Origin: a virus | Taxonomy: Duplodnaviria > Caudoviricetes | DNA: 64,000 nt | IMG/VR virus record: IMGVR_UViG_3300047384_000085 | Location: 667 to 64,666 of that record | Strand: one strand, 5' to 3' | Part shown: positions 58,784 to 64,000 of the stretch, piece after piece | Layout of the letters: each line of letters begins with the position of its first letter | How positions within the stretch are numbered: position 1 is the first letter of the stretch | The notes under the pieces: generated by a model | What the model was told of the DNA's origin: nothing | The model's database searches: none | What the model saw: only the letters and a program-made list of their open reading frames with translations | Position numbers and translations under genes: made by a program

Positions 58784-59507
58784 TATTATTATGGATTTTC
58801 AAAAAATGCGAAGCATACCAATAAAGAATAAAGAACTTCTCTCTATCTTAGACAGTTTTGTTCGTGTTAGGACATATAACGAGGAAGCGTTCACGAAGTA
58901 CATGCATTGTGCAGGCAATCAACATTCTGATGCTGATAAGGCGAAATTTGTTTCTGATGAATACCTTCACGAAATCATGAGTATGGGAGATGATCATGGT
59001 GGTTTCCCAGAGACTATGCACGGTTATGAAATGAGAATGTGTAACAGGGAACACCAATTCTTCAAGAGAACAATACCGAAAACTCCTGATGAGATTAGTT
59101 ATAGATCGGAGGTAATGTCAAAATTACAAGACTCTCAAGAAGATATAATGACTTGGTTGGGTTGTAGAAATAATGCATTATCAGCAGTTTATCCACCAAG
59201 TGGGTTTATCTCTTGGCACAATAATGCAAATGCAGCTGCATGGAATTTAATTTTCACTTACAGCGAAACAGGTGATGGTTACTTCAAATATTGGGACACG
59301 GAAAAGAAAGAAATTGTTTACATGCATGATGAACCAGGCTGGCAATGCAAAGCTGGATACTTTGGTCATTATGGAGAACCCGATAAACTTTTATATCACG
59401 CAGCCGCTTCTAAGTGTTGGAGACATACAGTTTCTTTTTGTTTTGATAGATCAGAAACAAGTGAATTTATTAGAGAAGAGATAATTGATGAAATTAGTTC
59501 AGAATAA
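58773..59507 (+). CDS. Cupin / 2OG-Fe(II) oxygenase-like protein
   Basis: YPPSGFISWHNN...LYHAA...WRHTVSF matches a double-stranded beta-helix H-x-(D/N)...H...R layout. Confidence 0.55.
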   Translation: MRGNIIMDFQKMRSIPIKNKELLSILDSFVRVRTYNEEAFTKYMHCAGNQHSDADKAKFVSDEYLHEIMSMGDDHGGFPETMHGYEMRMCNREHQFFKRTIPKTPDEISYRSEVMSKLQDSQEDIMTWLGCRNNALSAVYPPSGFISWHNNANAAAWNLIFTYSETGDGYFKYWDTEKKEIVYMHDEPGWQCKAGYFGHYGEPDKLLYHAAASKCWRHTVSFCFDRSETSEFIREEIIDEISSE

Positions 59508-59520
59508 AGGTTTTAATTCT

Positions 59521-59528
59521 TATAAATA
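59521..59528 (+). promoter_or_regulatory. T4-type late promoter
   Basis: TATAAATA. Confidence 0.8.
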
Positions 59529-59560
59529 AAACAAAGAAAACTACTTTTTAGAATAGGGTT

Positions 59561-59917
59561 ATGGCAGATTACGAAGATTTTTCAATCGATCAAGGTGCAG
59601 ATGTTGCAATAGAATTACATCTCAAGGATCCTGATGGTTCAGTAAAAGACCTTACAGGTTTTTCAGTTATAGCTATGATGAAGAGAACATATAACTCAGG
59701 TGCAGAAGACACAATTGAGTTTGCATGTTCTATAGAAGAACCTGCTTCTGATGGTGTAGTCATTTTGGGTTTGACTAATCAACAAACAGACAGTCTAAAT
59801 ACTACTGGTAGGTACGTTTATGATGTTGAATTACACTTTATTGATGGAGAAGAAAATACTATTATCGAACGTATCTTAGAAGGTAAAATAAAAGTCAATC
59901 CATCGGTAACTAGGTAG
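59561..59917 (+). CDS. Ig-like fibre adaptor protein (BppU N-terminal-like)
   Basis: IDQGAD...DLTG...GRYVYDVE...RILEGKIKVNPSVTR. Confidence 0.65.
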   Translation: MADYEDFSIDQGADVAIELHLKDPDGSVKDLTGFSVIAMMKRTYNSGAEDTIEFACSIEEPASDGVVILGLTNQQTDSLNTTGRYVYDVELHFIDGEENTIIERILEGKIKVNPSVTR

Positions 59918-59923
59918 ATCGGT

Positions 59924-60289
59924 ATGACGTTAGATGTAACATCGGGTCGAGGAAAAACCGTAACCGAAGTCAAGGTCAACGGAAAAACTAGAGTACACTC
60001 TTTAAAAGTCGGCCGACCAGTTAGAAACGTTCGGAGTTCTGCGCCTAATATTAACAATATAGAAGGGGTAAGTACCGCTTCGAAAGAAGATGGTAATATC
60101 TTAATTTATAATGCAACCTCTGATACATTCGAAGTATCCCCTCTTGCTACAGCTAATATTGACAATATTACAGGAGTGGATACAAGTACAAAACAAGACG
60201 GAAGTGTCTTGGTTTATAACGAAACTTCCGACACATTCGAAGCAACACAGAATTTAGATAAACAGTTCATTAACGGAGGAAACTTTTAG
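59924..60289 (+). CDS. Small fibre-associated protein with an internal duplication
   Basis: NINNIEGVSTASKEDGNILIYNATSDTFE repeated as NIDNITGVDTSTKQDGSVLVYNETSDTFE. Confidence 0.65.
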   Translation: MTLDVTSGRGKTVTEVKVNGKTRVHSLKVGRPVRNVRSSAPNINNIEGVSTASKEDGNILIYNATSDTFEVSPLATANIDNITGVDTSTKQDGSVLVYNETSDTFEATQNLDKQFINGGNF

Positions 60290-61689
60290 TGACAACTGAA
60301 ATTAAAATCAAACGGTCAGGGTCATCAAATGCTCCAACAGCTTTAGGTAGTGGTGAACTGGCTTATAGTTGGAGTGGTGGTACAGGCGGTAAGTTATTTA
60401 TCGGTTGGGGAAATGAAAATAATGACGGTGAAGCCGCAAACATTGACCCCATCGGTGGTAAATATTATACTGACTTACTAGGTTCAACTGCTGGCACTAT
60501 TGCTGGTTCCAAAGCGGTTATTCTAGACGCTAATTCAAAAGTGAATCAATGGATCGTTGATAACATTACTATTGACGGCAATACCATCAGCACAACAGAT
60601 AATAACGGTAATCTTTTATTAAGTCCACATGGATCTGGTGTAGTCTCTGTTGAAGGTTCTAAGATATCGAATGTTGTAACACCAACTGCTGACTCTGATG
60701 CGGCAACTAAAGGATATGTTGATACTCAACTCAGTGGAGTTTCGTCAACGATCACTTTAACCGATGATGCCTCTAACACTGATGCTTATACTACAGGTAA
60801 CGCACTAACCTTTGCTGGTGGTACTGGTTTGACTTCTGTTGTTACTGATGATACAGTAACGTTCAACATGGACAACACTTCAGTATCATTTGGTGGTGTA
60901 TCTGTTGCGTTAGGTGGGACTTCTGCTCAACCAGCATTTGACTTAACAAATGCGACTAGTTACCCAACTTCATCTCTGAGTGGTACGATCACCAATGCTC
61001 AACTTGCTGGTTCTATCGAAAACGGCAAACTCGCAAATAGTGCAGTAACAGTTGGTACTACCGCAATCTCACTTGGTGGTTCTTCTACTGCACTAGCTGG
61101 TTTAACCCAAGTTGATGTTGACAATATTCGAATCGATGGTAACACAATCAGTACAACTGACGCTGGTGAATCAACTCTTTTCTTGAATCCAGGCCCTGTT
61201 GGTGATTCGGGTGAAGTTGTTATCCTAGGTGATTTAACTGTTCAAGGTACTACAACAACAATAAATAGTACTGAAGTAACAATTAATGATCTTGTTCTTA
61301 CCCTCGCTGACAGTGCAGATGATGGAACAGCAGCTAATGGTGCTGGTATCATTATTGGTTCATCTTCATTCAGTAGTCCACCATCTCTTACATATGATGG
61401 ATCGAACGACAGATGGGTATTCAACAAAACCGTTGAAGCAACGATTCATGATCTATCTGAAACAATTGATGATCGTGTTAATACTTTATTTACAGATGGT
61501 CAAAGTATTGGTTCTGTTTACAATGACGCTGCAAACACACTTACGGTTAATGTTGATATTGCGACTACAAGTGTGATAGGTGCGGCGAAGTTTGACGGTC
61601 TTGCTGAATCAGATGGTGGATCAACCAATCAGTTTACTCTTACCTCTGGCGGAGTTAGAGTTACCGCTCTTGACGGTGGAACATACTAA
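60289..61689 (+). CDS. Fibre protein (neck/whisker region)
   Basis: IKIKRS...GELAY N-terminus, DNIxIDGNTIS repeats, DAATKGYVD, GDLTVQGTTTT, DGGTY end. Confidence 0.75.
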   Translation: MTTEIKIKRSGSSNAPTALGSGELAYSWSGGTGGKLFIGWGNENNDGEAANIDPIGGKYYTDLLGSTAGTIAGSKAVILDANSKVNQWIVDNITIDGNTISTTDNNGNLLLSPHGSGVVSVEGSKISNVVTPTADSDAATKGYVDTQLSGVSSTITLTDDASNTDAYTTGNALTFAGGTGLTSVVTDDTVTFNMDNTSVSFGGVSVALGGTSAQPAFDLTNATSYPTSSLSGTITNAQLAGSIENGKLANSAVTVGTTAISLGGSSTALAGLTQVDVDNIRIDGNTISTTDAGESTLFLNPGPVGDSGEVVILGDLTVQGTTTTINSTEVTINDLVLTLADSADDGTAANGAGIIIGSSSFSSPPSLTYDGSNDRWVFNKTVEATIHDLSETIDDRVNTLFTDGQSIGSVYNDAANTLTVNVDIATTSVIGAAKFDGLAESDGGSTNQFTLTSGGVRVTALDGGTY

Positions 61690-61708
61690 TTAATTTAAGA
61701 GAAAAGAT

Positions 61709-62485
61709 ATGGCAAGTCCTAACACTAGACAGGAACTAATAGATTATTGCTTACGTAGTTTGGGTGCGCCTGTTCTTGAGATAAACGTAGATGACGAACA
61801 ACTAGAGGATCGTGTAGACGAGGCAATTCAGTGGTTCCGTGAGAATCATCCTGACGGTTCACGTAGGCACTACATGTCTTTTGAAGTGACTTCAGAGATT
61901 ATTGAACAAGGATATATCGATCTAGGAGATGCTTCCATTTCCACTGTTGTTCGTATGTTTCCGATCAACACTGTTTCACAAACAACAAATTTCTTTGATA
62001 TCAAGTATCAGATGATGTTGAACGATGTCACCGATTTAAACAACTATGCTGGTGACATTGCATACTACGAACAAATGCAACAACATCTATCATTACTTGA
62101 TATGAAACTAAGCGGTACACCCGAAACTACATTTGACCGACAAGGTAATCGTCTACACTACTACTTGAGTTCAGAGAAACTCACGGCGGGAGATTACATT
62201 GTTATCGAAGTCTATGGTATCAGAACTCCATCTGAAGAATCAGAAGCTGCAGATGGTAGTGATTACAACTCGTTGTTCAATCACAAGTTTCTTAAAGAAT
62301 ATCTAACCGCAATTATCAAAAGGCAATGGGGAACCAACCTATTAAAGTTTGATGGCATGACCTTGCCTGGGGGTGTTCAGATCAGTGGTCGTTCTATATT
62401 TGAGGACGCTAACAATGAACTTGAACAGATTCGTACTAGGTTTAGGGAAGAAGAAGATGTAGGCCCTATCTTCTTCGCAGGGTAA
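61709..62485 (+). CDS. gp13: Neck protein
   Basis: RQELIDYCLRSLGAPVLEINVD, KRQWGTNLLKF, LPGGV. Confidence 0.95.
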   Translation: MASPNTRQELIDYCLRSLGAPVLEINVDDEQLEDRVDEAIQWFRENHPDGSRRHYMSFEVTSEIIEQGYIDLGDASISTVVRMFPINTVSQTTNFFDIKYQMMLNDVTDLNNYAGDIAYYEQMQQHLSLLDMKLSGTPETTFDRQGNRLHYYLSSEKLTAGDYIVIEVYGIRTPSEESEAADGSDYNSLFNHKFLKEYLTAIIKRQWGTNLLKFDGMTLPGGVQISGRSIFEDANNELEQIRTRFREEEDVGPIFFAG

Positions 62486-62486
62486 T

Positions 62487-64000
62487 ATGGCAACAAATCC
62501 GTATATAAGCAAAAAAGTACGATCCGAACAAAGTCTTTACGAAGATCTCGTAATCGAGTCTCTGAAGTTCTATGGTGAGGACGTATATTACATTCCACGT
62601 GAGATCGTTAACAAAGACACCATCTTTGCTGACGATGTTCCTTCACGTTTTTCAGATGCATATAAGATCGAGACTTACATCGAGAATACCGAAGGGTTTG
62701 ATGGAGAGGGTGACCTATTCACTAAATTCGGTATCGAGTTGCGTGATCAAGCAACATTCGTATTTGCACGTAGACGTTGGAAGAAACTAATTGGCGACAA
62801 CCTAGCAGAGGTTGGGTTCCGTCCACGTGAAGGCGATATCATTTATCTACCTATGTCGAACTCTATGTTCGAAGTATTGAAGGTAGAGACCGAGACTCCG
62901 TTCTATCAACTAAGTCAACTACCGACATTCCGTTTACAGTGTGAGTTATTCGAATACAGTGACGAAGACTTCGATACTAACATTGCATCGATTGATGCGA
63001 TTGAGTATGAAGGTGCATATCAGTACAAGGTTACAATGGAACCTGCTGAACAAAACACACTTGCAATCAATCTAGGTGATCAACTAAACATTAACACCTT
63101 TAGTGGTGCGTTAAAATCAGCGGGTAGTATAGCAATTAGTGGTCAAGGTTATGATTCTGCGCCTACGATAACGGTCGATCCTCCCAAAACGCTTTCTTTA
63201 TTTGGCGAGAACTCTTTATCATCTGACCTTAATAGATCGTTTAATGATACGTTTTTATTCACTAACGACAACGGTTCGGTAGAATTATTTTTCTACCCTA
63301 ACGACTTGCCCCCTACAGATAATCCATTACAAGCATTACTAACGGTTGGCGGAAACGGAACGTTAGATCCAAATATCATGATCTGGGGTATTAATGACGA
63401 AGGACATATCGTACAATCTTTTGTAAATGAACTTGGTTTTAATCGTTTAGATAACGTACCTTATGACATTGGTAAATGGAACCATATAGTTATCGGTGTT
63501 GATAGCAATGGTTCTGGTGTAAACAGCCAACTTTACTCTTATCTAAACGGAAGAAAGATTTTAGATAGTGATTGTGGTAGAGACCTTACTTTGTTTGGAA
63601 CGAACGGATTTGCTCTAGGTACTGATGCTATGCGAACAGTAGGTGATAATACCTACGAGGCGTTTAACGGTAAAGTAGATGAGTTTCGTGGTTTGACTGG
63701 ATCTATTTCCGAACTCATTCCGCCTAGATTAAAATCCCCAGAAGATATTAACATCACATTAACCCACGGTTTTGCCGGCAATTATTACGTTGATAGTGCC
63801 GCTATAGACAGATTGGGATTAGTAGGTAAAGATTCAGTTAGTGTTGCAGTGGATAGTGATGGTTACGGTAACTCACCTACTTCTTATACGAATCTTATTG
63901 CCAACCCTACAATAAATGCGTTAATTGGGGACACTGTAAAGATAACTAATAAGATTAGTACTGATGGTGATAGTGACGTAACTTATCCGATTACAGACTA
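62487..64000 (+). CDS. gp14: Neck protein gp14 with a C-terminal extension containing a LamG-like domain (runs off the window)
   Basis: Hand translation: MATNPY...EQSLYEDLVIESLKFYG.DVYYIPR...LFTKFG...RPREGDIIY...PFYQL...CELFEYS; then VELFFYP...GKWNHIVI...YLNG...FNGKVDEFR. Confidence 0.9.
   Translation, partial: MATNPYISKKVRSEQSLYEDLVIESLKFYGEDVYYIPREIVNKDTIFADDVPSRFSDAYKIETYIENTEGFDGEGDLFTKFGIELRDQATFVFARRRWKKLIGDNLAEVGFRPREGDIIYLPMSNSMFEVLKVETETPFYQLSQLPTFRLQCELFEYSDEDFDTNIASIDAIEYEGAYQYKVTMEPAEQNTLAINLGDQLNINTFSGALKSAGSIAISGQGYDSAPTITVDPPKTLSLFGENSLSSDLNRSFNDTFLFTNDNGSVELFFYPNDLPPTDNPLQALLTVGGNGTLDPNIMIWGINDEGHIVQSFVNELGFNRLDNVPYDIGKWNHIVIGVDSNGSGVNSQLYSYLNGRKILDSDCGRDLTLFGTNGFALGTDAMRTVGDNTYEAFNGKVDEFRGLTGSISELIPPRLKSPEDINITLTHGFAGNYYVDSAAIDRLGLVGKDSVSVAVDSDGYGNSPTSYTNLIANPTINALIGDTVKITNKISTDGDSDVTYPITD

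Noticed and set aside
62572-62790. 72 aa ORF in the supplied track
   Set aside because: It is an out-of-frame overlap of the real gp14 ORF that starts at 62487.
1-64000. Stop-codon reassignment
   Set aside because: Known genes are intact in the standard code, and all three stop codons end genes that abut their neighbours.
1-64000. tRNA or rRNA genes, introns, inteins, homing endonucleases, insertion sequences
   Set aside because: None recognised by eye and the intergenic gaps are short. A tRNAscan or Infernal run would be needed to exclude them fully.

Overview
This is a 64 kb segment of a large T4-like myovirus genome, probably from an aquatic or marine host, judged from the gene families and the sigma70-type early promoters. 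Bases 1-14.4 kb are a dense glyco-modification island with about 10 glycosyltransferase-like ORFs, a HAD-nucleotidyltransferase fusion, a methyltransferase, a radical SAM enzyme, a lipase, GroES and a nuclease. Bases 16.6-22.7 kb hold small early genes behind consensus TTGACA-N17-TATAAT promoters, two 2OG-Fe(II) oxygenases, gp33 and gp32. Bases 22.7-64 kb are the tail, baseplate, fibre and neck module under TATAAATA late promoters. Best candidate for a new system: phage-encoded virion protein modification. The tripeptides D-S-D and D-S-A are strongly enriched in structural proteins and were not found in the non-structural proteins. A fibre-like protein is built from (Y/F)-T-G-(N/D) repeats rich in N-x-T sequons, and a glycosyltransferase plus an oxygenase-like gene sit inside the fibre cluster. 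Other notable points: a probable -1 frameshift (T TTT TTA) fusing gp26 to gp51 just upstream of the tape measure gene, a gp5 split into pieces around an amidase, and a P-loop kinase with a T4-type capsid-targeting leader. All calls come from motif recognition by eye. No database searches were run and all counts are hand counts.
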